Shown here: in pieces, positions 38,291-50,860 of the stretch
Layout of the letters: each line of letters opens with the position of its first letter
Position numbering within the stretch: the first letter of the stretch is position 1
DNA from: Felis catus
Taxonomy: Eukaryota
Assembly (NCBI RefSeq): GCF_018350175.1
Contig: NC_058368.1
Span: 6,324,001 to 6,388,000 of the forward strand
Length of the DNA: 64,000 nt
Direction: 5' to 3'
Made by a program: the position numbers and the translations under genes
Notes under the pieces: generated by a model
Database searches by the model: none
Seen by the model: the letters and a program-made list of their open reading frames with translations, nothing else
Told to the model about the DNA's origin: nothing

Positions 38291-39585
38291 GGGTATGGAT
38301 TTTAAGTCAAGGTCTGAAAACCTTTCCCTGCACCCATGATACAGAAGGCTTCACCAATGATTTCCTTAAGAAGTTAGGTAGCTTTCAGCTTTTACATTTT
38401 GATTTCTGCTGCACTTGGAGTTTATTCTGGTGTGTGATATTATGAATGGGTCTCATTTTATCTTCCACATGGCTATTCACTTGCCCCAACATTGATGAAG
38501 CCCATTTTCGCCCAAGTCATTTGAGATGCCACCATTATTATATATTACTAGGTTTCCGTATACAGGTTGGGTCTGTTTTTGTATTTTCTGTTACATTTCC
38601 CTGGTCTGTCTGCCTCTTTGAGTGCTTACAACCACAATTTTAATCATGGAACTTTGTTCTCATATCTGGTAGGGCTACTTCTCCCTCGTTCCAGTTCAGT
38701 GTTAACTGAGTGTCAACTTGTCTAGCTCCATAAAGAAGCTTCCGAGTAATTTTTATTGCAGTGGTGTTATATTTGTAAATTAGTTTAGGGAGAACCAACT
38801 GCCAGTCTACTGAAGTTGTGATATCTCATCCACGAATGGCGGATGCGGAAGTCTCACAGGGTGTGCCTTTTCAGGAGTGTGAGTCTGTAGATTTCTTCAT
38901 GGAAGTTTTGAACATTTCTTGTTAAGTATACGTTCCTTTCTCTTGCTGTTACAAATGGGCTTTTCTCTTCCATTACATATCCTGACTGGTTATCGGTTGT
39001 GTACACGAAGGCTATTGTTTTTTTGTTTGTTAATTTTATATCCTGCTGCCTTGCTGAATTCCCTTTCTTGAGTTATTTTTTATCACTGATTCTTTTGATT
39101 TTCCAGGTTTACTGTCATGTGATCAGCTAGTAGAGAGTTTTATTTCTCCTTTTTCACTGTTTGTGTTTTTAATTGTTTTCTCTTGGTGAATGCCTCCAGA
39201 ACAGTGTTAAATAGTAGACAACGTATTGGGCATCCTTGCTTGGTTCTTGGACTTACGTGGGCATGCCTCTAGTTTTGACCCAGTAAGATGTTGGCACCCC
39301 CGCTCTCTTGTGTGTGTACTCTCTTGTGGGTGTGCTCTCTTTGTGGGTACTCCCACGCACACACTTTCTCTATATGTACCGGTAAAGTCATGTTAAGAAG
39401 CATCCATTCATTCCTATTTATTCAAGAGATGGTTTTCCAAAATTAGGAATGGATACTGAATTTTGTCAAGGGTTTTTTTCAGGCCTTTTTGGAGGTTATT
39501 ATGTATTTTTTCTCATTAGATTTATTAGTATGGTGAGTTGTATTATTCAATTTGCTAATACCGAATAACAATAATAATACTGGTG

Positions 39586-39813
39586 TTTTTTTTTTATTCC
39601 TTTAAGTTTATTCATTTATTTTTGAGAGAGAGAGAGTATGTATGTGTGTGAGCAGAGAAGGGGCAGAGAAAGAAGGAGGGAGAGAATCCCAAGCAGGCCT
39701 CACACTGTCAGTGTAGACCCTTGACATGGGGCCTGATCCCACAAACCACGAGATCATGACCTGAGCTGAAATCAAGAGTTGGACGCTTAACTGACTGAGT
39801 CACCTAGGTGCTC
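39586..39813 (-). mobile_element. CanSINE (older subfamily)
   Basis: Full body, CpG-decayed. Confidence 0.9.
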
Positions 39814-40849
39814 TGGGTTTTTTTTCTTTAATACTTTATTTCATATCTCTGCATTGGTGTTCCTAAGTGCTATTCGTTTGTAAAGGTGTTCTTTTTTTTT
39901 TTTTTTTTTTTTTTTTTACTATCTTAATTGGGTTCAGGAATTAACGTTATAGTTTTTTATGTTATACTTGATTCATAAAAAGAATTTGGAAGTTACTCTT
40001 TACTTTTCATGTTTTAAAACAATTTAATATTGGAATTGTCTGTTTTTTTAAGGGTTTGATAGATTTCCTCTGGGCTCTCTGGTTTGGTTCTCTTTTAGTA
40101 AGGTAGTTCTTTGGTAACTTTTTCTGATTCTTCTAGGGAAGTTAGTTGGTTTAAGCATTGTCTCTGCTGGGGTCCGTTTTGATACGCTGTATTTCCCAAG
40201 AAATTATCTATTTCATCTAGGTTTTTAAATGTGTTTGCATGCAAGGGGGCAGGGTACTCTTTTATGATTTATAGATTTTATCTTTTTTGTATTCGTGTAT
40301 TCGCTTCTTTTTTTCCTTTGCTGAAATTAGTGTATGTTTTGTTTTGTTATTTCAGCTGCACAGGTCTGTGGCATTACGTCCATTAAGTGCAACCATGAGC
40401 ACCATTCAGCTCTAGAGCTGCTTCACCTTCCCATAATCCAAATTCTGTGCTGGTTGAATATTCACCCCCCGTTCTTCCCTTCCCCCAGCTCCTGGCAACC
40501 ACCGTTCTCCTGTCTGTGAATCTGACGACTCTAGGTCCCTCATATACGTGAACTCATTTTTTTTTTTTTTTTAAAGAATGAGAATTTTTATTAAGTTGGT
40601 TCTCCACCACGTTAATTTCTGCTTTTGTATCTTTACAGTTACCATCTTTAAAAAAATGTATTTATTTTAAAGTAATCTCTAGACCTAACGTGGGGCTCGA
40701 ATCATGACCCTGATCTTGAGAGTTGCAAACTCCACCAACTGAGTGAGGGGCCTTCTTTGTACTCCTTTTGGTTGACCTTGTTCTCCTTTTTAGCTTTTTG
40801 AGTTAGGAATGGAATACATTCATTTTTCTGCTCTTAAAAAATTGACATT

Positions 40850-41088
40850 GGGGTGCCTGGGTGGCGCAGTCGGTTAAGCGTCCGACTTTAGCCAGGTCAC
40901 AATCTCGCGGTCCGTGAGTTCGAGCCCCGCGTCGGGCTCTGGGCTGATGGCTCAGAGCCTGGAGCCTGTTTCCGATTCTGTGTCTCCCTCTCTCTCTGCC
41001 CCTCCCCCGTTCGTGCTCTATCTCTCTCTGTCCCAAAAATAAATAAACGTTGAAAAAAAATTTTTTTTTTTTTAATTAAAAAAAAAAA
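40850..41088 (+). mobile_element. Young SINEC_Fc
   Basis: Full body; TSD aaaaattgacat. Confidence 0.96.
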
Positions 41089-41878
41089 TTGACATAGGTG
41101 GTTAGGGCTCTGGATTTGTTTCTGATTAGTACTTTAAATTCTTCCATGGAGTCTGATATGTAATGTTTTCATTATCATTATTTTTTAGGAATTCTGTGAC
41201 TTGTTTTTATATTCTCTTTCTTCCAAGAGTTGTTTAAGGTTTTTGGTGGGAAGGTTTTTAAAAAATAATTTCTAGCTTTTCTCTGATTTTTAAGAAAAAA
41301 TGTTAATTTTATTGATACTGGTAAAAATCACATCAGAAGTGTGGAGCTTGGTGCATTTTCACAAAATGTATTCCATCACCCATGAAACTAGCACCTAGAA
41401 CATACCAGTGTCTCTTTTAAGTCATGACCACCCCGCTCTCCAAGGGCATCCCCTATGCTGACTTCTAAGCTGATGAGTTTTGCCTGGTTTTGAATTTTGA
41501 TCATTATAAATGGTTTTGTATTTAGATCTTTTGTTCACCAATTTTTAAAAATTCGTCCATGTTGTTGCAAGTACTCTTGGGTCATTTATTCTTCTTGCTG
41601 TGTGTGATTCCATTGTGTGTACCATAATTCATTTATGTTTCCCTTCTTGTACCATTTTACATTGTTTCCAGTCTTTCAGTTTTCTTTGAAATTTTGATCA
41701 CTGGTTATTGTTGGTAATATTGCTGTTTCATGATTACGTTCATGATTTATTTGGGCCTTATCCTGGGATTAACGTTTTGTGTTTGTTCAAAGGAGGTATA
41801 TTCTCTATTCTTAGAGCGCGGCGTTCATATATGTCCAAAAAAAAAACCCTTCTTTATTGGTTATGTTGTTTAGATCAC

Positions 41879-42088
41879 TTTTTTTTTTTAATGTTTATTT
41901 ATTTTTGAGACAGAGAGAGAGCATGAACAGGGGAGGGTCAGAGAGAGAGGGAGACACAGAATCTGAAACAGGCTCCAGACTCTGAGCGGTCAGCACAGAG
42001 CCCGACGCGGGGCTCGAACTCACGGACTGCGAGATCACGACCTGAGCTGAAGTCGGATGCTCAACTGACTGAGCCACCCAGGCGCCCC
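41879..42088 (-). mobile_element. CanSINE (SINEC_Fc-type)
   Basis: Full body; TSD tagatca. Confidence 0.95.
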
Positions 42089-42472
42089 TAGATCATTTAC
42101 TTTTAGTCTTTGTTTATTTTCCTTCCTGATCTGTTTTGGGTACTGAGTAGTGCGTGTCTCTTATTTATAGAGATTGTATTTTTTCTTGGATTGGTTATAG
42201 TTTCTGTTATTTGATTCATAGATATTAATACTTTTTTTGCATTGTGAAATGATAGCTTTTAGCATTCATCCGCCTGAATACTTTTTGTCTTAACTTTTAT
42301 CTTGTCTGGTATGATTGCCACCTAATTGCTTCCATTTGCCTGATAAGTTTTTGTGCATCGCTTTATTTTTAGCCTTTTCGAATCTTGCATCTTAAATCTG
42401 TCTTCTCGTTACTACGGGACAGGGTTGGCCTTTGCTCTCTGAGGAAGTTTGAAAATCTTTTAAGTAGGCAAG

Positions 42473-42705
42473 TTTATTTTTATTTTTATTTTATTTTATT
42501 TTTAAACGTTTATTTACTTTTGAGACAGAGAGAGACAAAGCATGAACGGGGGAGGGTCAGAGAGAGGGAGACACAGAATCTGAAACAGACTCCAGGCTCT
42601 CAGCTGTCAGCACAGAACCCGACGCGGGGCTCAAACTCACGGACCGCCAGATCATGACCTGGGCCGAAGTCGGCCACTTAACCGACTGAGCCACCCAGGT
42701 GCCCC
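42473..42705 (-). mobile_element. CanSINE (SINEC_Fc-type)
   Basis: Full body; TSD ggcaagttta. Confidence 0.95.
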
Positions 42706-43069
42706 GGCAAGTTTAGTTCATTCACATGAATTGTTATAACTGAGATACTTGTTTTTGGCTCCGTTGTTATCTATGATACAGTTACCGTGTGTATCGAACT
42801 TACTGTGTTCACTCATTATTACGTGTATTTTCCTTGAGCTTGATAAAGACAACTTCATATCTAGGAAGGAATAAATTTTTGTCCTAGCGGTTGCTTTTCA
42901 ATTATGTACCTGTATAGTACACCCTCCCCCTTTTTAACCATTTTAACCCATTTTACTCTCTTGTATGTCACCTTGATATGGCTTCTTTTGATTCTCACCT
43001 GTCACCAATACAGTAGTGATTTTATTGTTTTTTTCTTTCTCTTTTACCTCCCCATTTTACTCACTTACT

Positions 43070-43254
43070 TAACTTATTTATAGTGTATGCGCTCGCTCGC
43101 AAGCCGGGGAGGGACAGAGGGAGAGAGAGAATCTTAAGAAGCTCCATGCTCAGTGTGGAGCCCTACTTGGGGCTCGATCTCATGACTGAGATCACGATCT
43201 GAGCCGAAACCAAGAGTCAAGACGCTTAACCAAGTGAGCCACGCAGGCGCCCCT
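43070..43254 (-). mobile_element. CanSINE (older)
   Basis: Reverse SINE body ending ...caggcgcccc. Confidence 0.85.
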
Positions 43255-43399
43255 TCCCATTATTTTTGTTGCAATTTTCTGCTTTGTCACAACGTAGGTT
43301 TATATACTTCTATCCGTGACCCTAGTCTTGTTTTTAGTTTTAGTTCTGCCGTTGAATACACAGACTGGGCACTTCTTCATCAGTCCTCTTTAGTCATCC

Positions 43400-44216
43400 T
43401 GTTAGCGGTGGGAGATTCTGCATTGTGTGAATGGAGGTCTCAGTTCTTGGCTTCCCCAGGAGAAGATTTATGTGCGGATCCACACTTGCTCTGGTATAAA
43501 GGTGGCCAGACGGAAAGTAGCAAGCATGAAGCAGTTTATTAAGGACAGTACATCCTCAAGGTGGGAGAGTGGGCAGGCCCAGAAGTGGCAGCTGCCGGGG
43601 TTAGAGGGGACGTTTCTTTCTGTGTTTGCATAGGTCATGGGTCACAGCTAGGGCCATCTCCCACTGAGGGCTGAGGTTGCTTCCAGTCATCTACGGGACT
43701 ACTCCCACAGGTTAGGAAGGGGAGCTTTTGGCCCTATGCACACACGGTTCTTGCCAGAACTGTCATGGCCATCTCCCCCAGGGGGTGGGGGTTGAAACCA
43801 CAGTGTAAATATATTAAAATGAATCTACAGGTTACCCTGGGACAGAGGTTGAAGAGGAGAGCCATGTTCTACACCTGTGGCTCTTGGTCTGTCAGCCCTG
43901 TGTGTTGGAAGCCACAAAGTAAGGGGGAACCTGGGTGGCTCAGTCGGTTGAGCCTGACTCCAGCTCAGGTAATGATCTCAGGGTTCGTGAGTTTGAGTCC
44001 CACGTGAGGCTCACGGCTATCAGCTCAGGGCCAGCTTCAGATCCTGTTTCCCTCTCTCTGCCCTGCCCCACTCATATCCTCTCTCTCTCTCTCTTAAAAA
44101 CGAATAAACATTTAAAAAAAAAGCCACAAAGTCAGGATGTTGTGCCCTCAGGCTTCTTATGTGTCTCCTGTGTATCACTGCCTTTGCCTCTTACTCATGT
44201 CTGACTGCCTGTTCCA
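43400..44216 (-). mobile_element. Probable ERV1-class solo LTR, interrupted by a SINE
   Basis: TG...CA ends, reverse AATAAA (tttatt at ~43535), GC-richer island within the L1; TSD imperfect (atcc/ttcc). Confidence 0.6.
43923..44121 (+). mobile_element. CanSINE inside the LTR
   Basis: TSD aagccacaaagt. Confidence 0.92.
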
Positions 44217-44524
44217 TTCCTTGGTTAGATGGAGTTCAATGTCTAGTGCATCCATTGAATATAATGGATTAACTTCTCTCCCGTGCATGTAGAAGTGTGT
44301 TAGTTTTGTGTCTTTGGGAGAACTGAGAAGTTAGTCATGCCGATCATTCTGTGTCTTTGATTCAGATGATGAGCCTGAGTTGAGAAGGGTGATTGGAATC
44401 CTCAGGATGCGTGCCTGTGTAAGCATTTTTTGAGTTCTTGCTTGTTCGAGTATTTTTCATGGTCCTGATAGTTGGAGGACAGCTTGGCTGGATATAAAAA
44501 CCTATGTTTCGCTAAGTTTTCAGG

Positions 44525-44616
44525 CTGATGCAGGGCTCCATCTCACAACCGTGAGATCATGACCTGAGCCAAAATCAAGAGTCGGATGCTTAACCAACTG
44601 AGCCACCCAGGTGCCA
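44525..44616 (-). mobile_element. CanSINE head fragment
   Basis: Reverse head only. Confidence 0.8.
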
Positions 44617-45774
44617 TCCCTCTTTCAGTATTTTAAATATCCTTTCCCAGAGTCTTGACTCTTCGTACCCTGGAATACGTGTGTCTTCAATTACATGATG
44701 TTTGACCTTCTTTGCCTGTTTGCTGTTTCATTCACTCTCTACATACTCATTTCTTTAGGTTGTTTTCTCACTTTTTCTTAATGCCTTTTATTAAATTTTC
44801 ATTTGAAGTTAATTTCCTTTGGGCACCTTTTCATTTAATCTTCTGCAACAGGATTTTTTCCTTCTATTTCTTTCCCAATTAAGTTCAGCTTGCTTTTGTT
44901 TCAGTTTCTTTTTCAGTCCATTTTCATTCTCAGCTTCTGTATTAGATTCACGTGTGCTTGTTTGAGGGTACTCAGTTCGGTTTTGAGTGTCATACTAGAG
45001 TTTTCTTTGGTTTAACAGATGCTTTGGGGGAGAAGTTTTGTTAGTGAAATGCTTTGATTTACATTTTCTGTTTTCTTCTAGCAGTTTTGTGTGGGTATGG
45101 ACTTCATTTGCGTTTTTGAATCCCTGTTTATTTTGTGAGTAGGTTTCTTGGTTGGAGAGCACTCTTTCCAGTTGTTCCCCGAAGTTCTTTTAATGATGTC
45201 AGTTTTGATGGGTGGGTGGCTTGTCTTATTTTTGCTTTCATTTCTGCAGTTTCTTAATTTTCCTCTTTTTTCTTTCTTTCCCCTTTCTGCCATGTCTCCA
45301 AGATGTGCCAGTCTCTCTAAATAACTGACCCTTCTTCACAAACGTTGCTTCTCCAAGGCTGTGACTTCTAGTTCCACTCACTTTCAAGCCCCTCTCTTGC
45401 AGCCAGTTCTGTGAACTACCAAGTCTTGATCTGTGTTCAGTGATGTAGCACTTTTTCTCCCCCCAGAGGGTTGAGGGTCATTTAAGTCTTCCACATGTCT
45501 CTACTCTATTTTATATAACCTTTCATCTCTCCCGCCTTGTTGTCTCCAGCCATAGGCTTTCAGTGGTATAGGATGGAAGCTCTGTTGGAATGCAGTTTAT
45601 TTATTTACAGGTTATTTGAAGGCTGTTGTATTCTGCTTCCTATTCATGCATGAAGGCATGGGTCATATGTGGATATTTTTGCTCTTCTTATGGATGTTTC
45701 GGAAAGAGGATGTATGGGGAGATTTGGAATCAGGGTGACCAAACTCTTGTAAGCCTGGAAGTCCTGCCAGACGA

Positions 45775-48330
45775 GCATAATCTTAACATCAAATATTGTC
45801 AAGGAATAAATTATAGGACAGTCTCATTCATGAACATACTTGCAAAAATCCTTAAACATAACAATGAGATCTACCAGTGTAAAAGGGTAATATGAGCGTT
45901 TTTGTATTTATTCTAGAATGGAAGGTTGGCTTAATACTCAAAATCAGATGTATCTCATCATATTAATGAAGGAGAAAAACTATTATAATCATTATGAGAT
46001 GCAGAAAGCACTCAAATTTAATATTTGTTCATGTTGAAAAACTCTTAGGCAAACTAGGAAAGAATGATCTCAGGAAGAGTATCTACAAGGAAACTTACAG
46101 CAAATGTCATATTAATGGTGTTCAGTGATGAAATGCTTATCTTCTGAAATTGGGAATAAAATAAGAATGCTTGTCCTTACCACATTTATTCACCATTATG
46201 CTGTAGGTTATGGCCAATGCAGTAAGAAAAGAAAAGTAAAAGGATAAGAATTAGAAGAAAAAAAACAATTGAATATATGTAGGTAGTACGATTGGTCTAT
46301 ATAGTGTTGTATGTAGAAACATCCAAGAGAATCTACACATAAGTTATTAGACTTTAGAAGTGTATTTAGCATGGTTGTTAAATTCTCTATAGCAATTGGA
46401 AAATGAAATTAAAAAAAAATTTTTTTTTTCAACGTTTATTTATTTTTGGGACAGAGAGAGACAGAGCATGAACGGGCGAGGGGCAGAGAGAGAGGGAGAC
46501 ACAGAATCAGAAACAGGCTCCAGGCTCTGAGCCATCAGCCCAGAGCCCGACGCGGGGCTCGAACTCACGGACCGCGAGATCGTGACCTGGCTGAAGTCGG
46601 ACGCTTAACCGACTGCGCCACCCAGGCGCCCCTGGAAAATGAAATTAACAAAGACATTGTTTTGGCATTAAAGATCCCAATATATAGGAGTAGAAGTAGC
46701 AAGAAATTTATAATACCATTGTGCAGGAAACTATAAAATATTTAGAGAATTTAACGGAAAGGTAAGGAAAGGGGGACTATATCATGTTCATGAAATGAAA
46801 GCCTTAATATTATGGAGATGTCAGTCCTCTCTAAATCAATACATGGATTCTGTTCAACCTTAGACCATAGCCTGGAAAATTTGGGGAGGAATGGAAATTG
46901 ACTATTTGTGTCTAAAATTTATGTGGAAAAATAGAGGGCCATGAGTTTCAAGACATTCTTGAAGAACAACAAATCCCTGGCCTTATCAGATACATAGAGT
47001 TATTATAGAGCTATAGGATTCAAGCAGTGTGGTATTAATACGTGTTAGCGTAGGCAAACACGATTAATGAAGTGGAGTAGAAAGCCCTAAAGCAGGCCCA
47101 GACATTTATAGATGTCTGATTATGTTAAGTGCAAAACAGTCTGGAAAGAATGGTTTTTTTTGATAAAAATTGTTGTGTGATTGCTTAGATGGATGTCCCT
47201 AATTGACATTTGACCCCTATCCTGTATCATACTCAGAGATCAATTCCACACAGACTACAGGTCTACAGGTAAAAAATAATATAGAAAACCCTCATGGCCT
47301 GTGAGCAGGAGAACCTTTCTTAAACAGGACACAGAAGGCCCTGACTATAAATAAACAGATGCTAAGTCGAACTGAGTATTAAGAACTTCTGTTTATTAAA
47401 GTGTACCATTGAGATTAAAAAAGTAGTCCATAGGCTGAAAAAGAATGTTTGAATGACACGTAAACTGACATGTCTCCTACCTCGAAAATTTGAAGAGCTG
47501 GCAGAGATGAGTAAGAGCCAGATAACCTAATAGATCAATGGGCAAGAGACTTGAACTTGCACTTTTCCAGAAGATGTACAAATAGCCAATGAAGATACGA
47601 AAAGAAGTTTAAACTCAGTAGTCGGGAAGTGCAGAATAAATAATACTGAGACATCACCACAGTCTTCAGATGGGCTAACGTTGAAAAGACTGGCAGTCTG
47701 TAGTGTGGAGCCACCGGAATGCATATCCCAACCGATGGGAGTGGGAATTGGTACATACACGTTGAAGAGCTGTTGGGGGTTGTACCGAAGTTGAAGGTAC
47801 ACATGCCTCGTGAACCAGTATCTGTCTTCTACATATACGCTCCATAGCTATGCGTGCATGATTGCACTAAGGTACGTGTATGGTGCTGTGCATAGAAGCA
47901 TTATTTGTAATACCCCATTTGGATACATCCCACGTGTTCGTCCGTAGCACAGCGGTTATGTAAAGTGTGGTGGATTCATCCACCACCCGGTGATAGAAGT
48001 GAAAAAATTGAAGCTGTGTGCGACAGCAGTAATAATCTCATAAATTTGACATTGAGTGAAAAGATGCTAGACATAGCAGAATCCAAACCGTATGCTTTTG
48101 CTAAATACAGTTTTAAAGGGGTGTCAGGAACAGGGGAAGTGATGATCTTTGGGGAAGAAGAAGGGATTCTACGTGAGAGAGGCACGATGGGTACTTCTGA
48201 GGGTGCTGGCATTGCCTTATTTCATGATCTTGATGGTGGTTCCCTGGATTTGTCCACTTTGCGTTAATCCTTCAAGCTGCAGTTTCTTTAATAGCTAGAT
48301 TTATTCTATATACGTCACGTTTACACTAGC
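45775..48330 (+). mobile_element. Old L1 ORF2 (RT to C-terminus) and 3' UTR
   Basis: 'aattataggacagtctcattcatgaacatacttgcaaaaatcctta' translates as NYRTVSFMNILAKIL (cf. L1 RT NYRPISLMNIDAKIL); 3' UTR-like sequence downstream. Confidence 0.85.
46420..46633 (-). mobile_element. Young SINEC_Fc
   Basis: CpG-intact body; TSD tggaaaatgaaattaa. Confidence 0.96.
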
Positions 48331-48528
48331 GTTTGGATATAGATTTCCTTCACAGCTCGTGTTCGGTTTTGATTCAATTCACTTATAAGTGTTAATCTTT
48401 TCATCGAAAATCAGTGTGGGTTTTGAGCCAGCTCTCTCCCTCTCCCCCTGTCTGTTTTTTCTAGCGGAAGTCCTGCCTCTCTGACAGCTGCAGACCTCAT
48501 TAGTCCTCCTTGCTTCTCTACTCTCTAC

Positions 48529-49051
48529 CAGCAGTTTTCTCAGTGTAGAATGGGACCTCGGGGAGTCTCCAGCACCTTTTTAGGGGTCATTGAGGTCGCA
48601 CTTATTTTCAAAATTATGCTAAAATATAATTTGCCCTTTTTACTCTCGTTATTTAAGAGCATACAATAGGGTTTTTCAGAGGCTGCATGACAGAGCTAAC
48701 AGTTACTTGCAAAGACTATTAAAAACTCCTCTTTCCAACTAGATATCTGTGTAAGACTGAATTGTCTCCATACACTGCAGCCAAAACAACGTATTACAGT
48801 GGAATGAATTCAGAAAGCAGATACGAAAATCCAGCTGCCTTCTTTTAAGCCAGATGTTAAAGAAACTCGTAAAAAGACAATGGTGCCAATGGTTTTTTGT
48901 TTTGAGAAATACAGTTATTTTTTAAGATAACGTTTGTTCACACATAATGAATTTATTTTGTCCTTTTCAGTGCTTTTTTTTTTTTTTTTTGAGAGAGAGA
49001 GAGAGAGAGGCAGAGGGAGAGTGAGCGCATGTGTGTGAGCCAGGGAGGGGC

Positions 49052-49094
<43 letters not shown>

Positions 49095-49352
49095 CTTAAG
49101 CAGGCTTCATGCCCAGCACGGAGCCCAGTGTGAGGTTCTGTTTCATGACTGTGAGATCTTGCTTGACTTGAGCCGAAATCGAGAGTTGGGCGCTTAACTG
49201 ACTGAGCCACCCAGGCACCCCAGCGTTTTATTTAAAACATTTTTCTCATAATTTCTAATATGGTAAATATGGATACATACAACTCATGAACAATTACAGT
49301 TTGGGGTTTCAGATGGTAAGAGGTCCTGAACAAAAATTTTAGAGGATTATTG
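48529..49352 (+). mobile_element. hAT-Charlie1-family DNA transposon remnant, interrupted by a SINE
   Basis: 'cagcagttttctcagtgt...gaggtcgcacttattttca', 'aatccagctgccttcttttaagccagat', end 'ggtcctgaacaaaaatttt'. Confidence 0.75.
48974..49221 (-). mobile_element. CanSINE with expanded (GA)n
   Basis: Reverse SINE body. Confidence 0.92.
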
Positions 49353-49358
49353 CTTCAT

Positions 49359-49510
49359 ACAGCAGTGGTTCACCCAGGGAGTTTTAAAGATACTCATGCC
49401 TGTGTCCTGGTCCCATAAATTGTGATTTAATTGGGCCTGGGGTGTTGCATAGGTTTGAAATTTCTCAATGACCTCTAGAGAATTCTGCCATGTACACAAG
49501 CTTGGGAATT
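49359..49510. mobile_element. MER5-like hAT MITE fragment
   Basis: 'cagtggtt...gatttaattgggcctgggg...gagaattct...cttgggaa'. Confidence 0.5.
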
Positions 49511-49704
49511 CTATTGATTTATAGTTTGGAATGGTGGTATATTGTATGCTTATGTGACTTCTGCTCTTGAGGTCTTAAAAAACAGATAAGGCGCTGGACC
49601 CCAGATTTGTACAAAAACCTTACCTTGGGGATCTTAATTTCATTTCTGGTTGTTGCTGTTCTGTAGAAAAACAATCAATTTTTCAGAAAATAATTAAAAA
49701 AAAA

Positions 49705-49914
49705 TTTTTTTTTTTAATGTTTATTTATTTTTGAGACAGAGACAGAGCAGGAACGGGGGAGGGTCAGAGAGAGAGGGAGACACAGAATCGGAAACAGGCT
49801 CCAGGCTCTGAGCCGTCAGCACAGAGCCCGACGCGGGGCTCGAACCCACGGACCGTGAGATCATGACCTGAGCTGAAGTCGGACGCTTAACCGACTGAGC
49901 CACCCAGGCGCCCC
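49705..49914 (-). mobile_element. CanSINE (SINEC_Fc-type)
   Basis: Full body; TSD cagaaaataatt. Confidence 0.96.
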
Positions 49915-50462
49915 CAGAAAATAATTTTTTACTGTGAAGGATTGGTATTGCTTTGATACCTTAAATAGTCACGTGTGAAGCCATTTGACCCTGAGCTTTT
50001 CTTTGTGGGAAGAGTTTTAATTATTAATCCAGTCTGTGAACTTGCTACAACCTAATTCAGCTTTTCTCTTTCTTTTTTAGTTACTTTTGTTAACTTATAG
50101 GTTTCCAGGAACTTTCCTTTTCATCTGAGTTGTCCAGTTTGGTGGCGTACATTTGTTGGTTATTCCTTTATAATTGGTTGGTGGTAATTGATGTTTTCTT
50201 ATTTCATAACTGATTTTGTGCTCTACTCTCTTTTTATCTTCGTCAGTTTCAGGGTTTCAGGGTTTGTCAGTTTTGCTGATCTGCTTCCATCTAGGTAGGA
50301 TTTAACCTCAAAATCGTTTAAAAAATGATAATTATCTGATGTCTGTGATTAGACTGTGGAATTTTAGGATGATGGTTGTCTGGGATTGTTTTTTGAACAT
50401 GAAATGGATACTTAGTCCCTGTAAAAACAACAAGAGAGAAGCTAGATTAAAATACATAAGTA

Positions 50463-50860
50463 GAGGTGCCTGGGTGGCTCAGCTGGTTGAGCATCCGACC
50501 CTTGATTTTGGCTCAAGTCATGATCCCCGGGTCTTTGGATCTGTCTCTGTGTGGGGCTCTTTGACTCTGTCCCTCTGCCCTGTTCCCCTGCTCTCTCTCT
50601 TTTTTTTTTTTAATTTTTTTTTTTAATGTTTATTTATTTTTTAGACAGAGAGAGACAGAGCATGAACAGGGGAGGGGCAGAGAGAGAGGGAGACACAGAA
50701 TCTGAAACAGGCTCCAGGCTCTGAGCTGTCAGCACAGAGCCCGACGCGGGGCTCGAACTCACGGACCGTGAGATCATGACCTGAGCCGAAGTCGGATACT
50801 TAACCGACCGAGCCACCCAGGTGCCCCATTCTCGTTCTCTTAAAAAAAAAAAAAAAAAAA
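50463..50860 (+). mobile_element. Older CanSINE split by a nested antisense SINE
   Basis: Head at 50463-50599; residual CT sequence and poly-A at 50828-50860. Confidence 0.88.
50600..50827 (-). mobile_element. SINEC_Fc nested within another SINE
   Basis: Full reverse body between the two halves of the host SINE. Confidence 0.95.

Larger units (their letters stand above)
38300..45750 (-). mobile_element. Long degenerate antisense L1 (ORF2 to ORF1/5' region), interrupted by many younger insertions
   Basis: Ordered reverse L1 motifs ('gggcatccttgct', 'aaaagaatttggaag', 'ggacagcttggctggatataa'); very T-rich. Confidence 0.7.
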
